A stretch of 64,000 bases of DNA from Candidatus Krumholzibacteriota bacterium (lineage in GTDB: Bacteria > Krumholzibacteriota > Krumholzibacteriia > JAJRXK01), in contig CAVXTH010000009.1 in the NCBI GenBank assembly GCA_963764625.1, forward strand, positions 96,001 through 160,000. Direction: 5' to 3'. Below are positions 39,101-47,887 of the stretch, piece after piece. The translations under genes were made by a program, and so were the position numbers. The notes under the pieces are model-generated. The model was not told the DNA's origin, searched no databases, and worked only from the letters and a program-made list of their open reading frames with translations. Position 1 is the first letter of the stretch. Each line of letters begins with the position of its first letter.

Positions 39101-39433
39101 GAGAAGTTGGCGCCGGTCATCGGCGAGCGCTCGTGGGGCGGGGTGATCGGGATGAATAGCCTTCGCCCGCTGGTCGACGGGGGCATGGTGACGATGTCCC
39201 AGACCGCCTGGTGGGATCCGCGTGACGGCTGGAGCCTGGAAAACCGCGGGGTGATTCCCGACATCGAGCTACAGAATCTGCCCCAGGATCTGGCCCGTGG
39301 TGTCGATGCTCAGCTGGATCGGGGAATTGAGGAAGTGATGAAGCTGCACGACGAGCATCCGCCGGTGAAGCCGCAGTTCGGGCCCATTCCCGGCCGCGAC
39401 CGCGAGGATTTCCAGAAGGAGCTCACGAATTAG
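36121..39433 (+). CDS. Tricorn-like S41 peptidase (PD40 propellers + PDZ + catalytic domain); frameshift near 37815
   Basis: Signal peptide; PAFSPDGK repeats; WKRYRGG; IGYIHIPDM, DVRWNGGG, AGSDGD and IGERSWGG. The break lies in a GACAAG repeat. Confidence 0.92.
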
Positions 39434-39477
39434 CGGGTTCTGAGTCGAAGCGACGGGCAGGCAGAGAGCAACGAGCA

Positions 39478-39502
39478 GCCCTCCGGTCTTTGGCCGGAGG
39501 GC
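39478..39502 (+). terminator. Stem-loop after the tricorn gene
   Basis: GCCCTCCGGTC-TTT-GGCCGGAGGGC. Confidence 0.55.
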
Positions 39503-39553
39503 CCTTGTCTCTGACTTAGTATCGGACCTACCGGTCCTGGAACTCTTCGCGGA

Positions 39554-39567
39554 TTGACGAGTATCAA
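39554..39567. promoter_or_regulatory. FNR/CRP-family-like box
   Basis: TTGAC-GAGT-ATCAA matches 9 of 10 positions of TTGAT-N4-ATCAA and ends 40 bp before the tlpA-like ATG. Confidence 0.5.
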
Positions 39568-39607
39568 CCGAGCCAACCAGAACATTTCAATCCGGAGGTA
39601 CATCCTC

Positions 39608-40129
39608 ATGAGGATTGCGGCCCTCGCCAGCCTCTTGATGTGTCTCCCCCTGACCCTCTGGCCCGGAATGGCCAGCGCGGGCGGCGTCAGCTCCCAGGCG
39701 GCTTCGGCTGCCGCGCACGACGCCGCTCCTTCCTTTCAGTTGCCAGCGGTCCAAGGGACCGTCGACTCGGACTCTCTGCGCGGCCACCTCGTGTTGGTCG
39801 ATTTCTGGGCGTCGTGGTGCGGGCCCTGCGCGCAGTCGTTCCCATGGCTCGGCTCCGTGCAGAAGCGCTACGAGGCCAAAGGCCTGAGAGTCGTCGCGAT
39901 CAACCTGGACAAGAAACGTGAGGCGGCCGAGCGATTCCTGCTCAAGCACGAAGCGCCGTTCACCGTGGCGTTTGACCCGGAGGGAAAGACGGCCGAGGCG
40001 TTTCAGGTGCAGAGCATGCCGTCGAGCTATCTCATCGGCCCCGACGGAACGATCCTCTACACGAAACACGGCTTCCGAGCAGACCACACCCAAGAGATCG
40101 AATCCAAGATCGAGGAGGCCTGCCGATGA
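39608..40129 (+). CDS. TlpA-family thiol-disulfide reductase (secreted)
   Basis: Signal peptide, LVDFWASWCGPC, cis-Pro motif MPSSYLIG, GGAGG RBS. Confidence 0.93.
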   Translation: MRIAALASLLMCLPLTLWPGMASAGGVSSQAASAAAHDAAPSFQLPAVQGTVDSDSLRGHLVLVDFWASWCGPCAQSFPWLGSVQKRYEAKGLRVVAINLDKKREAAERFLLKHEAPFTVAFDPEGKTAEAFQVQSMPSSYLIGPDGTILYTKHGFRADHTQEIESKIEEACR

Positions 40130-40367
40130 GGACGCGAGGTCTCCTGGGGTTCATCGGTCTGGTTCTTCTGGTGATTCTCGCGGGCGCGATCAGCGGATGC
40201 GCCTCCATGCAAGCTACAAGCCCTGGGATCGTGACCTGTTGGCGGAGCCGCAGATGAGTTTCATCGCCGAGCCCATGCTGAGCGTACTCGACGAGCACAT
40301 CTACTTCAGCAAAGAGGGATCGTTAGGCGGTCAGGATGCATCCGGCGGAGGCTGCGGATGCAACTGA
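40126..40367 (+). CDS. DUF4266-type small lipoprotein; frameshift near 40210
   Basis: MRTRGLLGFIGLVLLVILAGAISGC (lipobox) joins KPWDRDLLA...HIYFSKEGSLGG...GGGCGCN*. The ATG overlaps the tlpA stop. Confidence 0.85.
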
Positions 40368-41620
40368 GTCCACCCAAGAAGCCCACCTCGGTTCGCGGCA
40401 AGCTGGGGATGGCCGCGTGCGTGCTTCTGGCTTCGAGTCCCGCCACCGCGCGGGCGGAAGCACCGCTTCGCTGGCAGCTCGACATGTCGGGCCTGCTCTA
40501 TGGCGAACAGAGCCGTACCCGCGTCGTCGAACCGACGGCACGCATCACCCGGCTGTTTCCCGATGGGCAGACCCTGTCGGCCACTATCGCGCTGGATGCC
40601 ATCACCGGAGCCTCGCCGACCGGCGGCATCGCTTCCACCAAGATCATCACTACCACCACTCCCTCGGGGCGGCTGCAAACCCAGCAGGTCGGGACCATTC
40701 CGACCAGCAACTTCCACGACATCCGGGGTGCGCTCGATCTGAACTGGACGAAGCCCACTGGAGGGTGGCTCACCACCTCGCTGGGAACCCATCTCTCAAG
40801 TGAGAAGGACTACCGCTCGCTGGGAGCGCACGGCAAGCTCTCGGTGGCGTTCATGCATCGCCTGACCACCCTGTCCCTGGGCGGCGGCTATAACTCGGAT
40901 GGCATCACTCCGGTGGGGGGCACGCGCGCGCCCCTGAGTGACGGTACCGTGATCATCGACAACGGGACCCAGGCCAAGCACGTCACCACCGTGCTCGTGG
41001 GACTTTCGCGCGTTCTCACGCGCCGCTGGATGGTGGCTGCGAATTTCTCGCAGACAAAAGAACGGGGCTATCTCACCGATCCCTACAAGATCGTGAGCAC
41101 GGTCGATCCTCAAACCGGGGATCAGGTGGGCCAGCTCACCGAACATCGTCCGTCGACGCGCGATCGCAAAGACGTTCTCGTGAGTTCGGTCTATCACTTC
41201 GAGAGCGATCTTCTCTATCTCGCGGACCGGGTCTACTGGGATGACTGGGGCATCCATTCCCACATGCTCGACTTCAGGTACCGGCATCGCTTGGAGCATT
41301 TGGCCTTCGTGGAACCCCACGTCAGATTCTATTTCCAGGGACGCGCCAATTTCTTCCGCTACTCACTACTCGATGGGGAGGCGCCTCCTGAGTACGTTTC
41401 GGCCGATAATCGCCTGGGCGCGCTGCGGACCCTCACGCTGGGCCTCACCTACGGCTTCCACCTGCAGAACACTCCCGGCACCTGGAGCGTACGCGGTGAG
41501 TACATGCGGCAGTGGGGAGATGGCTTTCCCACCGACGCGATCGGGAAGCAGCAGAACATCGATCTGGCACCGCCGGTCAACATCGGCTCTCTGGCCGCCA
41601 CCTACACCCTGCAGTTCTGA
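40358..41620 (+). CDS. DUF3570-type outer-membrane beta-barrel with a flavinylation motif
   Basis: DAITGAS motif (40595-40615), SSEKDYRS, YWDDWGIHSH, C-terminal Phe; sits between DUF4266 and ApbE. Confidence 0.85.
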   Translation: MQLSPPKKPTSVRGKLGMAACVLLASSPATARAEAPLRWQLDMSGLLYGEQSRTRVVEPTARITRLFPDGQTLSATIALDAITGASPTGGIASTKIITTTTPSGRLQTQQVGTIPTSNFHDIRGALDLNWTKPTGGWLTTSLGTHLSSEKDYRSLGAHGKLSVAFMHRLTTLSLGGGYNSDGITPVGGTRAPLSDGTVIIDNGTQAKHVTTVLVGLSRVLTRRWMVAANFSQTKERGYLTDPYKIVSTVDPQTGDQVGQLTEHRPSTRDRKDVLVSSVYHFESDLLYLADRVYWDDWGIHSHMLDFRYRHRLEHLAFVEPHVRFYFQGRANFFRYSLLDGEAPPEYVSADNRLGALRTLTLGLTYGFHLQNTPGTWSVRGEYMRQWGDGFPTDAIGKQQNIDLAPPVNIGSLAATYTLQF

Positions 41621-41629
41621 GGAGGCCGT

Positions 41630-42553
41630 GTGCACCGAGTCGGAGATTCTTCTGAGCTGTCCGAGTCGATCCCGGTGGCGATCGAAAGGGCGGAGGATTG
41701 TCAGGTGGGACGGTTCGAGGCCATGGCCAGTCCGTGCAGCGTTCTGGTGAACACGGAAGACGCGAGTGAGGCCGATCGACTCAGCCGCGTCGCGGCGCGA
41801 GAGGCGCTGCGCATCGAGCGCAGCTTCAGCCGCTACCGCAGCGACAACATCGTGCACCGGATCAATCATTCCGACGGGCGCCGGGTAGCGGTGGACGAGG
41901 AGACAGCGAAGCTTCTGGACTACGCGGCCACCTGCTACGAGATTTCCGATGGACTGTTCGACATCAGCTCGGGCGTTCTGCGTCGGGTCTGGCGCTTCGA
42001 CGGCGGCACTCGTGTGCCTTCACGGCGCGCGGTGAGTGAGCTACTCGAGTTGGTGGGCTGGGAGAAAGTGGACTATGACGGCGCCGGGATCAGCCTGCCG
42101 GCGGGCATGCAGATCGACTTCGGCGGCATCGGAAAGGAGTACGCGGTCGATCGCGCGGCCGCTCTGCTCGCAGAAAAGACCGAACGCCCCTTCCTCGTGA
42201 ACTTCGGCGGCGACCTGTACGCGAGCGGCGAGCGTCCCGGGGGACGTCCGTGGGGGATCGGGATCGACGACCCCTCCCGGACCGGTGAAGCGGTGCTCTA
42301 CCGGGTCGAGCTCCGCGGTGGGGGGCTGGCCACCAGTGGGGACGCCCGCCGTTTCGTCCGCTACAAGGGCCGTCGGTTGGGTCACATTCTCGATCCGCGG
42401 ACCGGATGGCCGGTGGAAGGCGCGCCTCAGGCCGTCACCGTGATCGCGTCGACCTGCCTGGAAGCGGGCACGCTCTCCACCCTGGCCTACCTGCAGGGGA
42501 GTGGTGCGAAGGAGTTCCTGCAGGCGCAGGGAGTTCACTTTCAACTGACGTGA
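41630..42553 (+). CDS. apbE: FAD:protein FMN transferase
   Basis: FEAMAS, FSRYRSD, GLFDIS, IDFGGIGKEYAVD, NFGGD, LATSGD and HILDPRTGWP. Confidence 0.95.
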   Translation: MHRVGDSSELSESIPVAIERAEDCQVGRFEAMASPCSVLVNTEDASEADRLSRVAAREALRIERSFSRYRSDNIVHRINHSDGRRVAVDEETAKLLDYAATCYEISDGLFDISSGVLRRVWRFDGGTRVPSRRAVSELLELVGWEKVDYDGAGISLPAGMQIDFGGIGKEYAVDRAAALLAEKTERPFLVNFGGDLYASGERPGGRPWGIGIDDPSRTGEAVLYRVELRGGGLATSGDARRFVRYKGRRLGHILDPRTGWPVEGAPQAVTVIASTCLEAGTLSTLAYLQGSGAKEFLQAQGVHFQLT

Positions 42554-42688
42554 TGGGCGGCAGGTGGCAGGGTTTTGCGGCTTGCCTACCCTATAGAGAA
42601 CAGCTCGACCACCGAAGAAGCTGCCAGCCGAAATTGCTGCGCGCGCGGTCTCGGACTCCCCCTTGCGGTCGATCGGAACGGAAAGCCA

Positions 42689-43258
42689 ATGAAGATCGCA
42701 ACCTGGCGCAGGTTCTCAGTCGTCCTCGTCTTGGGATGCGCCGGGTTTGCGTCCGCTTGCAAAGACGACTCCCCGACCGCCAATCACGACGGCCCGGTCA
42801 TGGCGGCCGACTTCTCCCTCGAAGACCTCAATGACAGCTCGCAAACCTACCAGCAGGCAATTTCTCCCCGCGATTATCTTGGCAGCGTCTCCGCCTGGTA
42901 CTTCGGGCACTCGACCTGAGGCTACTGCCGAAGCCAGTTTGGCTTGATGGACAGCTTGCAGACCGAGATTCAGTCGCTGGGGTGGGCCTCAGAGGTGCAC
43001 TTCTTGGGGATTAATGACAAGGATCAAAGCGCGGGGAATTACCTCATCCCCTTCGTCGCCCATCTTCCGTGGCTGCAGGACGATACCACGCAGCACGTAT
43101 GGGATTCATGGAATGCTATCTGGCGCGACATCATCATCCTGGACCAGAACAATACGCCGGTGGCCCGCTTCAACGTCACCACCTACAACCTCACCAACCC
43201 CGCCAACTTCGATTCCCTGAAGACCCTGCTCAGATCCTTCGCGCAACCCAGCCCTTGA
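42689..43258 (+). CDS. Predicted selenoprotein: thioredoxin/redoxin-fold lipoprotein with a U-x-x-C motif (Sec77 at TGA 42917-42919)
   Basis: ORFs 42575-42919 and 42944-43258 are in the same frame. Read-through gives ...AWYFGHST-U-GYCRSQF...HFLGIN...LPWLQD...WRDIIILD (189 aa). Lipobox ASAC; SECIS-like hairpin directly downstream. Confidence 0.82.
42925..42954 (+). promoter_or_regulatory. Bacterial SECIS-like hairpin
   Basis: Upper stem AAGCCA-GTT-TGGCTT and lower stem CTGCC/GG(A)CAG. The apical-loop G sits after a 17-nt spacer from the UGA. Confidence 0.65.
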
Positions 43259-43282
43259 GTCGCAAACGACAAGCAGACAGTC

Positions 43283-45436
43283 TCAACCCTTCTTCGTGAG
43301 GGCTTCACGAACTCTCTCGGCGGTCATGGGAAGCTGGTGGAGCCTGACTCCGATTGCATCGAAGATCGCGTTGCCAATGACCGCTCCCACGCAGATGATG
43401 GCTGGTTCGCCTCCGCCCTGAGGACTCAACTGATCGTTCTTCACCAGGACGGTTTCGATCTCGGGCAGCGTACTGAATCTCGGCAGCTCATAGGTGTCGA
43501 AATTCTCATCCAGAATCTGTCCGCCCTTGAATCGAATCGCCTCCGAAAGCGCATAGCCCAGCCCCATGGTGAGGCAGCCCTCCATCTGGATCGTCGCTCC
43601 CTCGGGATTGACGACGATTCCCATGTCCTGGGCGCACACCAGCCGCCGAACCCGGATTCTCCCGTTCGTCTTGTCGACCTCGATCTCACCGATCACCGCG
43701 ACATAGGTGCCGGCGTCGATTCCGCAGGCAATGCCCCAACCGCGGCCGCTCGGAGAGCCGGCCTCTTTCCAACCGAAGCGCTCTGCCGCGGTCTTCAGCA
43801 CCTGAAGCATGCGGGGGTCGCTGGTGTTGTTCAGGCGGAACTTCAGAGGATCGGCTTTGATTTGCGCCGCCATGATGTCGATTTGTGATTCGCGGGCGAA
43901 GGTGTTGGTGTTGGCTCCCGGAGCGCGCCATGGACCCACCGCGAAGGGGTGCGCCTTGGCGGTTGCCCCCATCCATCCGCCATGCACTTTCACCAGGTTG
44001 TTGGGTACGTCGTAGTACTGCTCGGTGCCTCGGGAGCCCGCGAAGTAGACAGTGTAGTCCCACAGACAGATCTTTCCCGAAGCATCGACACCCGATCGGA
44101 CGTCGACTACTGCCGCCGAATGGAATGTGTCATAGAAGAATTCCTCGGCGCGATCCCAAGCTACCTGAACCGGCAAACCGGTAATTACGGCCAAACGGGC
44201 GGCCTCTTCGGCCTGGAGTCCCGCAGTCTTCCCTCCGAAACCCCCACCCACGAAGGGAGTGATCACCCGCACTTTGTCCTGCGGCATGCCGACGATCTTC
44301 GCGATTCTCTCCTGGGTGGGGAAAGGCGTCTGCGTCGAGGCCCAAACCGTCAGCTTACCCTTCTCGAGCGTGGCCAACGCGGTGTGCGTTTCCATCGGGG
44401 CGTGGGCGCAATAGCCGTCCAGGTACCGCTCTTGAATGATGGATTTGGCGGCCCGCTCTCCGGCTGTGAGATCACCTCTGGCATCGCGTTTCTCCGGAGC
44501 TGCCGCGACCTCGACCAGATGGTCGAAGATCGTCGTGTCGTCGACCTGCGGCTGAGGGCGCTCGTATTCCACCTTGATGCTCTGCAGAGCCTTGGTCGCT
44601 TCTTCAGGATCCTGATGGAGCACCGCAATCAGGTCCTTCTCCTTCACGACACGTGCACCGGCCCACTTCTCAGCTGCCGAAGTGTCGACGCTCTTTCGGA
44701 TGGCATCGTGCGCGGGAGGACGAAGAACTCTCGCGTAGACCATACCCGGCACGCGCACATCCCCGGCGTAGAGCGCCTTGCCCGTCACCTTGTCCCACGC
44801 ATCCCTGCGAAGACTGTCCTTCCCCATCACCTTGAAGTCGTCCACCGAGGTGAGGGCCACCGAGCGATCCGTCTCGCGAAAGATCTGACGGCCTTTGGCC
44901 AGCTCCCCGAATCCTACTTTCTTACGCCGGTTGTCCCTGAGGAAGACGATGCCGTCCTCCACCACCAGCTCGTCCCTTGGCGCCTGAAGGTGTTCGGAGG
45001 CCAGGTCGAGCAGAACCGCGCGCGCCTCGGCCGCGGCCGCGCGGAGAGCCGGGCCGAAGAAGCGTGTACTCATCGAACCGAAAGTCCCCATGTCCCACGG
45101 GCAGAGATCCGTGTCGCCCATGACCATCTCGATGGCCTCCAGCGAGACCCCGAGTTCCTCCGCGGCCATCTGCGCCAAGGAAGTCACCACTCCCTGACCC
45201 ATTTCGATCTTGCCGGTGAATACCGTGACTTTCCCGTTCTCATCGATCCGCAGGTACGCGTTCGGATCACTTGGATACGGTCTGCGCTGCGCCTCGGCAT
45301 AGTCGATCGGCCAGCTGCCCACGGTGAACAGAACGACGATTCCACTCCCGATGAATTTGAGGAAATCGCGCCGCTCGAGCCGCCAACCGCGATCCCAAGC
45401 GCCAGTTTCTGGAGGATTGATTTGATCCTTCTTCAT
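43283..45436 (-). CDS. Molybdopterin hydroxylase large subunit (IorB/xanthine dehydrogenase family) with a Tat-like N-terminus
   Basis: RRDFLK, GKIEMGQG, HAPME, GGGFGGK, WRAPG and GGGEP. Confidence 0.92.
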   Translation of the reverse strand: MKKDQINPPETGAWDRGWRLERRDFLKFIGSGIVVLFTVGSWPIDYAEAQRRPYPSDPNAYLRIDENGKVTVFTGKIEMGQGVVTSLAQMAAEELGVSLEAIEMVMGDTDLCPWDMGTFGSMSTRFFGPALRAAAAEARAVLLDLASEHLQAPRDELVVEDGIVFLRDNRRKKVGFGELAKGRQIFRETDRSVALTSVDDFKVMGKDSLRRDAWDKVTGKALYAGDVRVPGMVYARVLRPPAHDAIRKSVDTSAAEKWAGARVVKEKDLIAVLHQDPEEATKALQSIKVEYERPQPQVDDTTIFDHLVEVAAAPEKRDARGDLTAGERAAKSIIQERYLDGYCAHAPMETHTALATLEKGKLTVWASTQTPFPTQERIAKIVGMPQDKVRVITPFVGGGFGGKTAGLQAEEAARLAVITGLPVQVAWDRAEEFFYDTFHSAAVVDVRSGVDASGKICLWDYTVYFAGSRGTEQYYDVPNNLVKVHGGWMGATAKAHPFAVGPWRAPGANTNTFARESQIDIMAAQIKADPLKFRLNNTSDPRMLQVLKTAAERFGWKEAGSPSGRGWGIACGIDAGTYVAVIGEIEVDKTNGRIRVRRLVCAQDMGIVVNPEGATIQMEGCLTMGLGYALSEAIRFKGGQILDENFDTYELPRFSTLPEIETVLVKNDQLSPQGGGEPAIICVGAVIGNAIFDAIGVRLHQLPMTAERVREALTKKG

Positions 45437-45444
45437 GACAGACC

Positions 45445-45909
45445 TCACATCCCCGAAGAGGTGCTTTCGATTGCCGCGACGATGCGCTTGTGCGCGCCAC
45501 ACCGGCAGAGATTGTCATCCATGCCCCGGATGATTTCCTCACGACTCAGGTGGGGATTCTTCAGCAACAGAGCATAGGCGGTCATGATCATGCCGGGAGT
45601 GCAGAATCCGCACTGCATGGCGTCGTGCTGAATGAACTGTTCTTGGAGGGGGTGGAGCTTGTCTTTCTGCGCCATTCCCTCGATGGTCAGGACTTCCTTG
45701 CCCGTGACCTCTTTCATGGTCAGCTGGCAGGAGCGCACGGCCTCTTGGTCGATGAGGACGGTGCAGGCTCCACAGAGCCCTTCGCCACAGCCGTATTTTG
45801 TTCCGGTGAGGTCGAACTCGGATCGCAAGACCCAGAGGAGCGTCCGATCGCCGTCGATTTGCAGACGCCTGGGCCGACCGTTGAGCGTGAAGTCGATGGT
45901 CTCCTTCAT
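45445..45909 (-). CDS. 2Fe-2S small subunit (IorA/CoxS family)
   Basis: GCGEGLCGACTV, QCGFCTPG and NLCRCG. Confidence 0.95.
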   Translation of the reverse strand: MKETIDFTLNGRPRRLQIDGDRTLLWVLRSEFDLTGTKYGCGEGLCGACTVLIDQEAVRSCQLTMKEVTGKEVLTIEGMAQKDKLHPLQEQFIQHDAMQCGFCTPGMIMTAYALLLKNPHLSREEIIRGMDDNLCRCGAHKRIVAAIESTSSGM

Positions 45910-46151
45910 GGTCCCTTCCTCGCTGATTCTTGGGCTAGAGGGGATGGCACCCCGAGCAATCCTAGGATCCGCTTCGGGATCCTCCAAGGACAGCCACTGG
46001 CCAGCGCTGGATCCGCCGCTCCCACGCGTTAGGGTGAGTAGAACGGAAAGTCACAGCCTCAGCTGCCGCCGTGAGCATGTCCAAAAAGGCCTCTCGGGCC
46101 CAAAATGGCGGTTCTTCGACGGTTTCGGGGCGCTTTCGAGGGGAGAATCCA

Positions 46152-46598
46152 ATGCGCAACCTCAAATCAAGAATCCTGGTTCTCACTGGGGCCGCGCTGG
46201 CCTTCGTGGTTGGAGGCTGCGCGACCGTGCCCTACGGCCAGCAAATCGTGGAATACGAGCCGGCGTACTGCTACGACCCGTTTCCGCCGCCTCCACCGGT
46301 GATCTACGTGACACAGCCCATCGTGGTGGTGAAGAGGGCCCCCGCGCGCCATGCCAAGCAGGAGCCTGCGGTCACGCTGCACTCCCGGGAGGCTCCGCCC
46401 ACGGTGACGAGGACGCCGGCGCGCGTGGAGCCGCGTCAGCCGGTGATCACGCGTCCGGAGCCCGAGCGAAGAGTCCCGGAGCGGAAGGAGCCCACTCGGG
46501 CGCAGCCGCCACGCGAAGAAAGGCGAGTGAGCCCGGCGACTGCCGTCGACCGTAACGATGACAACCCCGTCGCTGCCCAACGCACATGGGGCCGCTGA
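46152..46598 (+). CDS. Pro/Arg-rich hypothetical lipoprotein
   Basis: GGAG RBS, lipobox VGGC, low-complexity tail. Confidence 0.6.
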   Translation: MRNLKSRILVLTGAALAFVVGGCATVPYGQQIVEYEPAYCYDPFPPPPPVIYVTQPIVVVKRAPARHAKQEPAVTLHSREAPPTVTRTPARVEPRQPVITRPEPERRVPERKEPTRAQPPREERRVSPATAVDRNDDNPVAAQRTWGR

Positions 46599-46604
46599 AA
46601 TAGG

Positions 46605-46626
46605 ATCGGTCCCTTCGGGGACCGAT
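46605..46626 (+). terminator. Stem-loop with a C(UUCG)G tetraloop
   Basis: ATCGGTCCC-TTCG-GGGACCGAT immediately after the stop codon. Confidence 0.6.
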
Positions 46627-46807
46627 GAACCCACTTCGCCGCATCGCTCCGCTTATGGAAACTTAGTCAGAGCACACGGGGGAGCGAGGCAGTACCATAT
46701 TGGGAACAAGTCCGTTCCACGAGCCCGTGGTTCGTGGAACGGCTGCGTCATGGACCCCGTCGGGTTGAGGTTTGCAGGCAGAATGAGAGTGAGGAACTGG
46801 AGGTGGC

Positions 46808-47887
46808 TTGATTCTGACGCTGCCTCTTTTGGTTTCGGTGGCCGCTTGCTCACGGAGCGGTGTGGAGGGGAACGAGGCGGGCGCAAAGGGTAAGGGCAAT
46901 CCCGACCGGGCCGCGGCGGCGGTTCCCGTATCGGTGACCGAAGTGGTGCCCCACGATCTTGCCCGTACGGTAGCAGTGACCGGTCCCGTCGAGCCCATCC
47001 GAACCGTCACCGTGAACGCCCAGACCGCGGGCACCGTGCTCTCGGTGTTGGTGGAGGAAGGCAATCGGGTCCACGGCGGGCAGCTCATGGCGCAGCTCGA
47101 CGCGCGGGAGACCACCGCGCAGTTGGAGCGGGCCCACGCGGTGTTGGCCAACGCGCAGGCGGCCTACGAACGCATGCAGCGATTGCAGAACAGCGACCTG
47201 AGCTCCGACGCCGAAATGGAGTCAGCGCGCTCCGCGTTCGACATCGCCAAAGCTGACGTCCGGCTCTGGAGCACCCGGCTCGCATTCTGCCGCGTCACCG
47301 CTCCAATCTCCGGTATCGTCACCGCTAAACGGGTCGAGAAGGGCGCCGCCGTCTCTTCCACCAGTCCCATGTTCTCCATTGCCGACGATTCCCTGCTCGT
47401 GGTGCGCGTCCGCGTTTCCGAACTGGACGTTGCTCATCTTCACCCGGGACAGTCGGCCACGATTCAGCTCGATGCCTATCCGGGCGTGAAGTTCTCGGGG
47501 TACATCAGGAGGATCTTCCCCAGCGCCGACGCGGCGAGTCGTCTCGTGCCGGTGGAGACGGTATTGGGCAAGTTGCCCCAGGGAGTCATCGCGCGTCCGG
47601 GCTACCTGGCGCGCGTGGAGTTCGCCCTGAACACCCGCAGCGGAGTGTTGGCCGTTCCCGCCCCGGCCATCGGAGTCACCGACAGCACTTCCTACGTCTA
47701 CGTGGTGCAAGCCGACACTCTGAGCCGCCGAGTGGTCAAAACGGGTCTTACCACCTCGGGTTGGATCGAGATCAGCTCGGGGCTGAAGCCTGGCGAGACG
47801 GTGGTCAGCTCTGGGCACGTGAATTTGCGACCGGGAGTGAAAGTGAGAATCAGCGGGTCAACCCCGCCGGCCGAGAGCGCACGATGA
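46808..47887 (+). CDS. RND efflux membrane fusion protein
   Basis: Lipobox VAAC, VEEGNRV..GQL and VTAPISGIV. Confidence 0.92.
   Translation: MILTLPLLVSVAACSRSGVEGNEAGAKGKGNPDRAAAAVPVSVTEVVPHDLARTVAVTGPVEPIRTVTVNAQTAGTVLSVLVEEGNRVHGGQLMAQLDARETTAQLERAHAVLANAQAAYERMQRLQNSDLSSDAEMESARSAFDIAKADVRLWSTRLAFCRVTAPISGIVTAKRVEKGAAVSSTSPMFSIADDSLLVVRVRVSELDVAHLHPGQSATIQLDAYPGVKFSGYIRRIFPSADAASRLVPVETVLGKLPQGVIARPGYLARVEFALNTRSGVLAVPAPAIGVTDSTSYVYVVQADTLSRRVVKTGLTTSGWIEISSGLKPGETVVSSGHVNLRPGVKVRISGSTPPAESAR

Noticed and set aside
43283-45909. Molybdo-hydroxylase as part of the selenium system
   Set aside because: It is convergently transcribed, has no in-frame TGA and has no Se-cofactor accessory genes (yqeB/yqeC-like) in view; adjacency alone is insufficient
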